Source: Macrostomum hystrix | Lineage: Eukaryota; Animalia; Platyhelminthes | Reading direction: 5' to 3' | Length of the DNA: 64,000 nt | Assembly: GCA_950097015.1 (NCBI GenBank) | Contig: CATNEN010000024.1 | Coordinates: 2,542,001-2,606,000 of the forward strand | Part shown: positions 1-12,471 of the stretch, one piece after another | How the letters are laid out: the number at the start of each line of letters is the position of its first letter | Numbering within the stretch: position 1 is the first letter of the stretch | The notes under the pieces: generated by a model | The model's database searches: none | Told to the model about the DNA's origin: nothing | The model's input: only the letters and a program-made list of their open reading frames with translations | Program-made: the position numbers and the translations under genes

Positions 1-182
1 TCACCCTATCATTGTTTTTCTCATCCTCTCATTTTTTATCTCACCCTCTCATTGTTTATCTCACCCTCTCATTGTTTACCTCACGCTCTCATTGTTTATC
101 TCACCCTCTCATTGTTTATCTCACCCTATCATTGTTTTTCTCACCCTCTCATTTTTTATATCACCCTCTCATTGTTTATCTG
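1..182. repeat. 20-bp tandem repeat TCACCCTCTCATTGTTTATC
   Basis: About 9 units, runs off the window start. Confidence 0.9.
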
Positions 183-691
183 TTTATTTGTTTATCTCAA
201 CAATATTTACGTTCTCTAAAGATTTTACGGTATGTCTGCTAACTCGTATGTTAAACCAAAACGCCCTCCGTTATCCAGTTGGAATATTCCAAATAAAGCG
301 AATGTACTTTTCAGACACCGCAGCAAAACCAAACCAAGCAGGCCGATCGATTTTTTCTTCTCCTCTTAACGCGAAGAAACTATTGTCGATATTTTTCTGA
401 CCACCCCACTGCTAGAACTTTCTCTCTGCCCTACCCAAACCCCCCCCCGGCTACACCTTCGAGTCCCACCACGCTGGAGCAGCTTTTTTTATTGCAACTC
501 ACTAATTTGATCTCGAGTTTCATCTCACAGTCTCTACCCTGTCCCTTACTTCTGCCTGACATCGAATTCTGCTCCTAAGCGGTCACTGACGAGCTCTCTA
601 TACTATTATAGATTAGTTTTATTCCCTTAACACCCTACTTCGGCTAATGCTACGCTCGTAGTTAGAATTTGAATCTACCACTGAATCTGTC

Positions 692-759
692 GACAGCAGC
701 AGCAGCAACGGCAGCAGCAGCAGCAGCAACAGCAGTAACAGCAGCAACAACAACGATAG

Positions 760-800
<41 letters not shown>

Positions 801-942
801 ACAGCAACGATAGCAACAGCAGCAGCAGCAGCAGCAACAGCAGTAACAGCAGTAACAGCAGCAACAACAACGATAGCATCAGCAGCAGCAGCAGCAGCAA
901 CAGCAACAGCAGCAGCAGCAACAGCAACGATAGCAACAGCAG

Positions 943-977
<35 letters not shown>

Positions 978-1334
978 ACAGCAGCAGCAGCAACAGCAAA
1001 GATAGCAACAGCAGCAGCAGCAGCAACGGCAGCAGCTGCAGCAACAGCAACAGCAGCAACAGCAACAGTAGCAGCAGCAACAGCAGCAGCAGCAGCAACG
1101 GCAGCAGCTGCAGCAGCAGGAACAGCAGCGGTAGCAACAGCAGCAGCAGCAACAGCAGCAGCAGCAACAGCAGCAGCAGCAACAGCAAAGATAGCAACAG
1201 CAGCAGCAGCAGCAACGGCAGCAGCTGCAGCAACAGCAACAGCAGCAACAGCAACAGTAGCAGCAGCAACAGCAGCAGCAGCAGCAACGGCAGCAGCTGC
1301 AGCAGCAGCAACAGCAGCGGTAGCAACAGCAGCA
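692..1334. repeat. Compound (GCA/ACA)n trinucleotide repeat
   Basis: CAGCAGCAA units with internally duplicated blocks; lies in a SHANK intron. Confidence 0.95.
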
Positions 1335-1914
1335 AAAAAACTGTTAGAAATAAAATCAAGAGTTCTATCTGTATGAAAAATGGGAACTAATATAATTTAC
1401 AATTTTAATGCTGCTCATAAATGGACTATAAACCCCATAAAAGTACACGGCCGCACGAAACAAACAACACGAAATGCGACAGTGCATAGCTCGTATAGCA
1501 CTGACCTGACACTGACACACCCAAAGTCGCTCACACAGTGATAGTGCAAAATAATGGCTTTGTAATTCTCAAAAGACTCTAAACTGCCTCATCCGAGTCA
1601 TCCCATCGCTTCCTCATTAGTGATAAAAATCCACCGATTGCTAGGCAGAATGTTGAGCAATTCGATTTTTTGTCAGTGAATAGGTAATCAATATGACCAT
1701 GCCAGTAATTGCATGAAGCTGTGATTCCGCCTTATTGGGTTAGGAACTTCAAGTATTGGATTTATCCAGTTGAAACGAAAACATTTGATCAAAATTTGAT
1801 ACATGTTCAGACAGAAAAGTTTCTTCTTGTCACATCTAAAGCCGTATAATAAAATTATTTACTAAAATGGCTACTAAATATCACAGTGACGTAACGAGGA
1901 CGGAATAAAAGTAC

Positions 1915-2569
1915 ATTCAGGTAGCCAGGAGGCAATAAAGTACAGAAGCCCTGGCTATGACCCAAAAAAGTACACATGGGTAGCCATGCCTCACTAAAGT
2001 ACACTCGGATAGCCATGAATACTAAAGTACACAAGGGTAGCGAAATGACCGAATACTAATAATAATAATTGCAGGAGGGCTGCGGGCAATGGCACATCAT
2101 TTCGTGACACTAGACCCGCAGCCAACGAGGAGAAAATTCTGCCCATTTCGCTGACTCTTGAGCACACACGCACACAGATACTGTACGCAGGCACGCGCTC
2201 ACACAGGTGTGGACATCTGCCCTGACATTCTCATCGTCGGGGAGTGCACATTTTACTGTGCGTTGGAGGTTGGACATCAAGGGCGTACATCGGCACGACA
2301 AGCCACCAAGCCTTCTCTCCGCGGCTGCGCCCCAAATGAATGTGGCCTCGCCGCGGAATCGAGCTCGGGGACCTTGGTACGAGAAGCAGACGCGGTAACC
2401 GGTCTGCCACTCACCCCCCTCATATGACCCAATGACCCAAGAACACAGGAGTAGCCATGACTACTAAAGTACACAGGAGTAGCCATGACTACTAAAGTAC
2501 ACAGGAGTAGCCATGACTACTAAAGTACACAGGAGTAGCCATGACTACTAAAGTACACAGGAGTAGCCA
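1915..2569. repeat. 28-bp tandem repeat GTAGCCATGACTACTAAAGTACACAGGA, interrupted by a SINE
   Basis: Degenerate units at 1915-2050, near-perfect units at 2444-2569. Confidence 0.8.
2057..2421 (-). mobile_element. tRNA-derived SINE family 1, full-length copy
   Basis: A-box-like TGGCAGACCGG, B-box-like GCTCGATTCC, conserved body, 3' stem GGCTGCGGG/CCCGCAGCC and (ATT)n tail. Four other copies in the window. Confidence 0.85.
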
Positions 2570-2625
2570 TTACCTACTTATGTACAAAGGGATATAAAGG
2601 GTTGTCAGCCATGACTGAAACTCAC

Positions 2626-5593
2626 CGCCTGTATCCTTGCAGTGAAAATTCGGATCAATGCCTTTATTGACCCATTTGTTCACTTTTACTGTATCGCCAG
2701 TTCGCACAAACTCGACAAATTGCTTCAGATTGCTCTGGAAATTGGCGACGGCATTTTGTGAATGCAAAAGTTTTTACATTGTTCGATGGTGGACTCAGTG
2801 AAACAATGAAAAAGCTAGAGTGAAATGCGATGATTTGCATGTAAAATGCGACAGTCTGTATGTAAAATGTGACACTTTGTATGTAAAATGTGACACTTTG
2901 TATGTAAAATGTGACAGTCTGTGTGTAAGATGTGACAGTCTGTGTGTAAGATGTGACAGTCTGTGTGTAAAATGTGACAGTCTGTGTGTAAGATGTGACA
3001 GTCTGTGTGTAAGATGTGACAGTCTGTGTGTAAAATGTGACAGTCTGTGTGTAAAATGTGACAGTCTGTGTGTAAGATGTGACAGTCTGTGTGTAAGATG
3101 TGACAGTCTGTGTGTAAAATGTGACAGTCTGTGTGTAAGATGTGACAGTCTGTGTGTAAGATGTGACAGTCTGTGTGTAAGATGTGACAGTCTGTGTGTA
3201 AGATGTGACAGTCTGTGTGTAAGATGTGACAGTTGTATGTAAAATGTGACACATTGTATGTAAAACGTGACAGTCTGTGTGTAAGATGTGACAGTTGTGT
3301 GTAAAATGTGACAGTCTGTGTGTAAAATGTGACAGTCTGTGTGTAAAATGAGACAGTGTGTGTAAGATGTGACAGTCTGTGTGTAAAATGTGACAGTCTG
3401 TGTGTAAAATGTGACAGTCTGTATGTAAAATGTGACAGTCTGTGTGTAAAATGAGACAGTGTGTGTAAAATGTGACAGTCTGTGTGTAAAATGTGACAGT
3501 CTGTGTGTAAAATGTGACAGTCTGTGTGTAAAATGTGACAGTCTGTGTGTAAAATGTGACAGTAAAATGCAAGGCTTTTTCGGTTAAAAATAGCAACAGA
3601 AGTGATTATAGGTAAAGGAGACAGAGAGACAGATAATGGCAGATGGAGGTGACAGGGCCAATCTAATAGCTGCATAGAGAAGTAATTGCACTTACCTTAG
3701 AATGCAGCTTCTTTAGCTTGCTGGTGCTAATGGACTGGGAGCGATAAATTCGTCTCTTGTATTTGAACTGAAACAAACAAAACAGGGGGATTTTGGGCAT
3801 TTTAGAGAAATGAACTTCCTTGCACCTGACGTTTTATTAGTTTGTACTAAATAAAGACAAAGTACAAAGGAGAAAATAACGCGAATTGGGAATCAGTCAC
3901 CTCCAAGAACCCAATGGGCCCAGCCAGAGGGTAGTCCCTCAGAGGTCGCTCGTCCTGCAGAAATTTGCCAGCCTTGCCGCCAACTGGCGGACAGTAAAGA
4001 CCGAAATTCCACGGATCTTTCAAGTCATGACCCAGCTGCAGCAGTACCAGCTGCTTGGCCGTCAGCACCGTGTCCGACAGTTGAAACTGAAGACATTTCT
4101 GCGGACGGGCGGTGGATAAAGATCTGCTTGGTGGGATCTGATTGGATATCGGTTTGGTGGGATCTGATTGGATATCGGCTTGGTGGGATCTGATTGGATA
4201 TCGGTTTGGTGGGATCTGATTGGATATCGGTTTGGTGGGATCTGATTGGATATCGGTTTGGTGGGATTTGATTGGATATCGGCTTGGTGGGATCTGATTG
4301 GATATCGGTTTGGTGGGATCTGATTGGATATCGGTTTGGTGGGATCTGATTGGATATCGTTTGTTAATTGGATATAGAAAATAATTACTTTTCCTGTAGA
4401 ATTAATAGTAAAAGCTGTGAGCTGTTAATTGTGAGTTGTTCCTGTAAAAGTCATTTTCCTATAAAATTATAGACTTTCGCCGTATTTAGTACAAGTCCGG
4501 TCATTTACCGGCCAAAATGTCACGAACAAAAAGTTTCATTTCTAGAGCTTTCGGTAAAATCGTTATTTTAGTGAGACAGGACGAACAGGATCAGAGCCTG
4601 CGCATATAGGTTAGCTGTACTCTCATTTGGCAACCAAACCAACGGTTTAAATTAGAGAATTTCTAAACTAGATCTATACCTTTTAGTGCGTCGCGAAAAA
4701 AAACACTAATTAAAAAAATATTTTTAAATAGTAGACAGCTCATTACACTGAACAATGTTCTGCCACACTTTCACTTCACCTTAAGCGATGAGTGAGAAAA
4801 AACGAGGGGCAGTACGTTTCTCAAGGAAAGACTCATGCGACTCAAGCGACGAATTCCTAAATAAATATATATTCCTCCAGTTCTTCAGTGTGTGAGCTGT
4901 TCCCCAACTACAGTTCTTCAGTGTGTGGGCTGTTCCCCAACCACAGTTCTTCAGTGTGTGAGCTGTTCTCCAACCCCAGTTCTTCAGTGTATGAGCTGTT
5001 CCCCTGCCCCAGTTCTTCAGTGTGTGAGCTGTTCCCCAACCCCAGTTCTTCAGTGTGTGAGCTGTTCCCCAACCCCAGTTCTTCAGTGTGTGAGCTGTTC
5101 CCCAACCCCAGTTCTTCAGTGTGTGAGCTGTTCCCCAACCCCAGTTCTTCAGTGTATGAGCTGTTCCCCTGCCCCAGTTCTTCAGTGTGTGAGCTGTTCC
5201 CCAACCCCAGTTCTTCAGTGTGTGAGCTGTTCCCCAACCCCAGTTCTTCAGTGTGTGAGCTGTTCCCCAACCACAGTTCTTCAGTGTGTGAGCTGTTCCC
5301 CAACCCCAGTTCTTCAGTGTGTGAGCTGTTCCCCAACCCCAGTTCTTCAGTGTGTGAGCTGTTCCCCAACCCCAGTTCTTCAGTGTGTGAGCTGTTCCCC
5401 AACCCCAGTTCTTCAGTGTGTAAGCTAGTTTTCACTCAGATATTTAGTGGAGAAACGAAAGAACGGTTCTCACCTGCTTGTTTGTCTCAGGAACGGACAC
5501 CCGGATGTACACAGTGCCACCCTGTTGAGGCAAAGGCTGCTGCTGCTGCCGCTGCTGAACAGACAGCGGGGTTGAACCACCGCTAATGCTCAT
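2626..5593 (-). CDS. shank: SHANK/ProSAP scaffold protein, 5' part (N-terminal Ubl/FERM-like SPN domain and start of the ankyrin region); gene continues beyond window start
   Basis: Exons 5593-5474 (MSISGG...VYIRVSVPETNKQ), 4098-3901 (KCLQF...DPWNFGLYCPPVGGKAGKFLQDERPLRDYP...FLE), 3767-3696 (FKYKRRIY...KLHSK) and 2734-2626 (SNLKQFVEFV...KGIDPNFHCKDTG). All have GT/CAG borders, phases 0,0,0,1. Matches SHANK3 motifs as I recall them (NYGLFQPP..GRAGKFLDEER, FRYKRRVY, KLHTKANLKKF, KGLDPNFH). Confidence 0.93.
2824..3562. repeat. 21-bp minisatellite GTGTGTAA(A/G)ATGTGACAGTCT
   Basis: About 35 units filling SHANK intron 3. Confidence 0.95.
4121..4372. repeat. 26-bp minisatellite GATCTGATTGGATATCGGTTTGGTGG
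   Basis: About 9 units in SHANK intron 1. Confidence 0.95.
4878..5421. repeat. 33-bp minisatellite CAGTTCTTCAGTGTGTGAGCTGTTCCCCAACCC
   Basis: About 16 units in SHANK intron 1. Confidence 0.95.
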
Positions 5594-6350
5594 GCCAGAG
5601 CTATGTGCCCGAGCTGTAAAATATTTTTGTCGAACTATTATTTCTTTTGAGTGTAGTAAACTTTTGAGCGGCTAAATAGTTTTAAATAAATATTGTCAAA
5701 GGGCTGTTGACAAAAAAGCTTCACAACGCTTATCGCGCTATTTGAAAATTCATTTTACGTGCATAGATAGAAAGGCATGAAAACATTTGCCTAAAAAGAT
5801 CCGAACTTCCACTTGTATATCACCTTTAATTCTCGAAAGAATTTTTTTGACAATCGGTATGTAGCTGTGTGCGAGCTGCCTTCTAAACTTTTGCGGCGAG
5901 TTGGCAACTAAAAAGAGACGGAGATTAAGAAGGAGTAGATTTGTTATGTAGACTGGAGAGAGCCTACATGGCCACCCACAACCTTTGCAATTTTATAGCG
6001 AGTCACAGAACGACAGCACAGTAGGGTTGGTGGGCTGGGTTAGCCAGGTATCCAACAATTACAACTCAGCTAAACATTAGCTTGCATAGGAGTGTACAAT
6101 CGTGTGCCCACAACTACAAAGGCGAGGGTTTCATTTAAACAATAAGACACAGGCCGTGTACTATCTAACACTGCAAACATTGTTCAATGCGCATACCATT
6201 CATTAAGAATTTAACCAGTCTGGCCTTTATATAGGATAATTCTAATTAAAGAAACATGCTGCAAGATATGGGTGTGGTTGAGTTCTTGCCCGGGACCATC
6301 TTCAAAGTAACGCCCAAAACTCTCGGAGTTTATATTTTCCAATAATAACC

Positions 6351-8231
6351 AGCTCAACGAGATGATATTCTCACTCATCCTGCTCAACGAGATGATATTC
6401 TCACTCATCCTGCTCAACGAGTTGATATTCTCACTCATCCTGCTCAACGAGATGATATTCTCACTCATCCTGCTCAACGAGTTGATATTCTCACTCATCC
6501 TGCTCAAAGAGTTGATAATCTCACTCATCCTGCTCAACGAGATGATATTCTCACTCATCCTGCTCAACGAGTTGATATTCTCACTCATCCTGCTCAACGA
6601 GATGATATTCTCACTCATCCTGCTCAACGAGTTGATAATCTCACTCATCCTGCTCAACGAGTTGATAATCTCACTCATCCTGCTCAACGAGTTGATAATC
6701 TCACTCATCCTGCTCAATGAGTTGCTTATCTCACTCATCCTGCTCAACGAGTTGATAATCTCACTCATCCTGCTCAATGAGTTGCTTATCTCACTCATCC
6801 TGCTCAACGAGTTGATAATCTCACTCATCCTGCTCAACGAGTTGATAATCTCACTCATCCTGCTCAACGAGATGATATTCTCACTCATCCTGCTCAACGA
6901 GTTGATAATCTCACTCATCCTGCTCAACGAGATGATATTCTCACTCATCCTGCTCAACGAGTTGATAATCTCACTCATCCTGCTCAACGAGTTGATAATC
7001 TCACTCATCCTGCTCAACGAGTTGATATTTACTCTCATCCTGCTCAACGAGTTGATAATCTTACTCATCCTGCTCAACGAGTTGATAATCTCACTCATCC
7101 TGCTCAACGAGTTGATAATCTTACTCATCCTGCTCAACGAGTTGATAATCTCACTCATCCTGCTCAATGAGTTGCTAATCTCACTCATCCTGCTCAACGA
7201 GTTGATAATCTCACTCATCCTGCTCAACGAGATGATATTCTCACTCATCCTGCTCAACGAGTTGATAATCTCACTCATCCTGCTCAACGAGATGATATTC
7301 TCACTCATCCTGCTCAACGAGATGATATTCTCACTCATCCTGCTCAACGAGTTGATAATCTCACTCATCCTGCTCAACGAGATGATATTCTCACTCATCC
7401 TGCTCAACGAGTTGATAATCTCACTCATCCTGCTCAACGAGTTGATAATCTCACTCATCCTGCTCAACGAGTTGATAATCTCACTCATCCTGCTCAACGA
7501 GTTGCTAATCTCACTCATCCTGCTCAACGAGTTGATATTTACTCTCATCATGCTCAACGAGTTGATATTCTCACTCATCCTGCTCAACGAGTTGATATTC
7601 TCACTCATCCTGCTCAACGAGTTGATATTCTCACTCATCCTGCTCAACGAGTTGATAATCTCACTCATCCTGCTCAACGAGTTGATATTCTCACTCATCC
7701 TGCTCAACGAGTTGATATTCTCACTCATCCTGCTCAACGAGATGATATTCTCACTCATCCTGCTCAACGAGTTGATAATCTTACTCATCCTGCTCAACGA
7801 GTTGATAATCTTACTCATCCTGCTCAACGAGTTGATAATCTCACTCATCCTGCTCAACGAGTTGATATTCTCACTCATCCTGCTCAACGAGTTGATATTC
7901 TCACTCATCCTGCTCAACGAGTTGATATTCTCACTCATCCTGCTCAACGAGTTGATATTCTCACTCATCCTGCTCAACGAGTTGATATTCTCACTCATCC
8001 TGCTCAACGAGTTGATATTCTCACTCATCCTGCTCAACGAGTTGATAATCTCACTCATCCTGCTCAACGAGTTGATATTTACTCTCATCCTGTTCAACGA
8101 GTTGATAATCTCACTCATCCTGCTCAACGAGTTGATATTCTCACTCATCCTGCTCAACGAGTTGATAATCTCACTCATCCTGCTCAACGAGTTGATATTT
8201 ACACTCATCCTGCTCAACGAGTTGATATTCT
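6351..8231. repeat. 30-bp minisatellite GAGTTGATA(A/T)TCTCACTCATCCTGCTCAAC
   Basis: About 62 units, in register with the 60-nt lines. Confidence 0.97.
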
Positions 8232-11200
8232 CAATCACAAAAGAGATGTTTACTCATCTTACTCATTCCATTTTTAAGAAGCGGAAATTAAGCAAATCGG
8301 TTTATTAAAAGCAAAATCAGTACATAATTTTCATGCATAAAATTTACACTATAAATTAGTAATAATGTATCAAATATATTTACAACAAATTGTCAATAAC
8401 AATAATAACAATAATTTATCAACACAAAGCATTTTAGTAGTGATCATTGCCATTCCATAATCTAGATATATATTCTTTCTAAGGTTTTGTAACTTTAATT
8501 AAAGCACAGCATTCTTACATGATTTCCTCTATTTTTAGTGCCAACCAATGTCTTTAGAATTTTTTTAGCAAACAAGGGTATAAACTATATTCTAAGATAA
8601 ATATATTGCCAATTGCCAATGCACTCAGCTAGCTAGAAGCCAGCTACAATGTATTTAGGTCTACTTTCATACTGCAGATATTTCATATTTCATATCATAA
8701 CATTATGATAATTCAAATTGAAGTTGAAGAAGCATCTTAAAAGGTTTGAAGATCTTTTAGATATAGGCCTAACTGTTGTTTTACTTAAAGATAGTGAACT
8801 AAATCATTTTCCATAGGTAGCACAAATTTTTCTTTTAGAAGCTATAAATATATATTCTAAATGAAAATAAAATTTGTGCTTAGAAGCCATTATATATGGG
8901 ATATTATCGGATAAAATGCCTTACATATAGGCTAATAGCTACCTTTGTTGATGTTGCATATAAATGCATTTCATTAATTTTTAAGTATCTTGTACAAATT
9001 AATGCTATTTCATTGGAGTTGAACAATCAAAGAACACAATGTTTGTGCAATAAAATATTTTGTTAATGAAAAAAAGATAATAACAAATTCCACTAGGCTT
9101 TGTTCATAAGCAAAAGAAAATGGAACAATAGTCAATATATGCTCTATAAAAGGTTTATGGTCTTTTTGTCTGCCTCCATCTCGTCTGCTAATAACTTGTC
9201 TTTAAAATTAAATTCACACAAACTCGTCTGCTTTACGAACAATAGAAACTAAGTCATCTGCCAGTGCCACAGCTTTAATAGTCTCAAAGAAGATCAAATT
9301 CAAAAAATGCATTTGCAATGCACAAGCTCATAGTCATATTGATCAGGTGCTTTCATGGCTGCGTCACTTTAGTCTGCAGTTATATCTAAACTAGATTTGA
9401 CTCATTTTTAAGGGTCGTTCTCACGGCCATCAAATCAAATGCTGTGAGCAAATTAATCATTTGCTCAGAATTTTATTTGCCTACAAATAAGTCAACTCGT
9501 CTGTTGGCAGACGAGTTGGCGGCAGACGAGTTGGCGGCAGACAAAGAGGGCGGAACAACTATAAAATTAGTGATGTTGTGTGCCTTTTAAAATGTCGGTA
9601 TTTTGTGCAGACACAGTAGACATCTTTATTAATAGTCCCATAACATATTCGAACGGAGAAGTATTTATTGCTCAGTCGTTACCAGAATACAAGAGCACTA
9701 TTCCTCAGTGAAGGTGATGTTTCTAGAAAAGTAGCCTGTAAGCTATTAAGTTAAAATTTGTCAATAATACAGTTTTTTTAACTTCCGTGTACATCGTATG
9801 CGCGCGATATCTACTAAAATTTTTCAAAAAGTTTAAGACAGAGAATGTTGTTATTGTACAAATTTATTTGTACTGTAGATATCTTACTTGTTTTAAACGG
9901 GTTTCACGATAATTATTGAGTCTTTTTTCAAACCCGTATGTTCTCACGCTGTGGACCGATATTGATTTTACTTTGTTTACAAGCTAATGACTGCATATGG
10001 TCAACATCCTGCTTACTTTTTTATTTGGAACAGCTACACACTAAATTATATGTACCATGACTTAAATGTGTTGCAGCATATAACGGCTGCAAGGAATGGC
10101 CAGCGATCGATCACCAAATTTCGATATTTTTCTGACGATCGATACTCAATACATATTTCTATGCTTATTTGCATTATTATGCGAATTACTTGAGTAACTA
10201 GGAAGACTACTAGTTAAATGCAAGTTCAATAATATCCATTGGCCTCTAAATATATATAGCGTAGATTTATAGAAACGTAGATAGAAATGCAAAGTAAATT
10301 AAATCACACGTTCGACTTTTCCTCGATTGACGCATTTTTTTCATTGTGTGCCGAATATGCACCAATGGCTTTTAGCGTTACTATAATTCTAATGTTAATT
10401 CTGAACAACTTGTAGATCGAGAGTCTAGATACGAGCGTAAGGATGCAACCCCCGGTTACAATTTTTGTGTCAACGAGAGGCATAGCAAATCTTAGCAGAC
10501 AGAATTTCCCATTTTTATGATTGATAGAGTTTAAAAAAACAAATAATCATCTGTGGCCTATTGTTATATCAATTATAAAATAATGAAAATGCACCGGTAA
10601 GGGAGCTACGGAAGCCATGCACATGCACAATAAAAACAGACGACGATAACGATTATCCCTTTTCTTTATGAGAGCTAGTATATCATGTAGTATGACAATA
10701 AGAATATTTGAAATTTCCTGGCCAACGAGCGGCGTAAGGATTAAAAAGTGCATCCAATGCCAGACGATACGGAAGTATCAAGTGGAGTGAAGAGGATCTA
10801 TTGCTAGGAAGTTAGGCCAGTAATTTTCAGCAGGGTAAAGCTTGAATTTGGGTATGGGATTTCTGCTGGTGGGTGAGGGCTGCATTCTACTGTCTTTCTA
10901 TACTGTAAATAGTTTTAGCAATAGTTATATAGTAAAGCTGTCAATATTTCATATACATGACAGTTGTATGTATGAAGTATGAAATTAGTAAAACTTCATT
11001 GTCAGAGAGTCAGTTCATTTTTTTTTTAATTTCCCACTGCGAAAACAGAGTGCCATAAGAAAATTAGCACTTTTTTAAACAACATTTTAGTTTTGTACTT
11101 ATACACGAGTGAAAGTATTATCGCATAAACCCAAGGTGTTGTCGATATTTTCAGCCCCTAATGTGCTCACAGGTGATGAGTCTAATCTGGTCTCAATCTT

Positions 11201-11429
11201 ATCTCAAAAGTATAGTCTCATACCTGAGACCGGCCTCATGGACAAAATTTAGAGCCACAAATTTTCGTGTAATTTCTTGATTAATTTTGTTGCTTGTATT
11301 GGCTTCTCTTTTTTTCTACCAAGAACTTTTGAAGTAGGGTTCAGAAAGCTCTGGGTTGCCTGCTATAAGCGGCTCACAAACATCAAACACCATCTCCCCA
11401 TTCTCAACTTTCCCGTGTCTTTATAAATC

Positions 11430-11946
11430 CCGTGTCTCATCTATCACCTGTCTCATCTCTCCTGTGTCTCATCTCTCCCCTGTCTCATCTCTCCCCTGTC
11501 TCATCTCTCCTGTGTCTCATCTCTCTTGTGTCTCATCTCTCCCCTGTCTCATCTCCCCTGTGTCTCATCTCTCCTGTGTCTCATCTCTCCTGTCTCATCT
11601 CTTTCCTGTCGCATCTCTCCCCTGTCTCTCTCTCCTGTCTCATCTCTCTCCTGTCTCATCTCTCCCCTGTCTCATCTCTCCCCTGTCTCATCTCTCCCCT
11701 GTCTCATCTCTCCCCTGTGTCTCATCTCTCCCCTGTGTCTCATCTCTCCCCTGTGTCTCATCTCTCCCCTGTGTCTCATCTCTCCCCTGTGTCTCATCTC
11801 TCCCCTGTCTCATCTGTCCCCTGTCTCATCTCTCCCCTGTCTCATCTCTCCCCTGTCTCATCTCGCCCCTGTGTCTCATCTCTCCCCTGTGTCTCATCTC
11901 TCCCCTGTGTCTCATCTCTCCCCTGTGTCTCATCTCTCCCCTGTCT
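11430..11946. repeat. 16/18-bp pyrimidine-rich repeat TGTCTCATCTCTCCCC(TG)
   Basis: Direct reading. Confidence 0.93.
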
Positions 11947-12471
11947 CAACGCCATTCCTTTGATTGAAAGAATTCTGTTGAAATTTAGTCCCAACTTTTA
12001 TTTTCCCGATCAAGATTCTACCCCCAACCACTAGTGGATTTTTCTGTATGACAAGTAAGTCAAGTGAGAAGTTCCTTTTTACATTGATTTTTTTCTAAGA
12101 AGCTTCTAGAAAGCTTCATAGAAAAAGCATTTTAGAAAACTCTTCACGGCATGCACAACAGCGATTGTACGCGTCAATAAATTGCCCCCGAGACATATCG
12201 GCCAATCAATTTCATTGTTCATTTAGAAAGGGTGGAAAGTATACTAGCTGTCTTTTTCGTCCCTTTCCTGACCCTGCTCACGATTTTAATGTACAGTCCT
12301 TGCTGCATAGCTGTATAAGCAAGAGCAAAACTTGACTTTGCCACTCACCTCCCTTACTCAATCGGCTCATTTGCAGCTTATTTTTAATCACACACATTGA
12401 AGCTCACAGGAAGCTTACCTGTTTCTGTTTGACGTCTTCTTCCGCTACCATAAACCTAGAAAACAGTAATA

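Noticed and set aside
619-1376. Poly-Leu and poly-Ala/Thr ORFs; possible poly-Q exon
   Set aside because: Trinucleotide repeat; the Gln frame has TAG/TAA stops and no credible splice context was found.
6211-8308. 675-aa and 648-aa ORFs
   Set aside because: Translations of a stop-free 30-bp array on both strands; no codon-position bias or domain.
12412-12421. Minus-strand CAG|GTAAG donor as an upstream SHANK exon overlapping the kinase 5' end
   Set aside because: An 8-mer like this is expected about twice by chance in 128 kb, and the phase does not match the SHANK acceptor at 5613.
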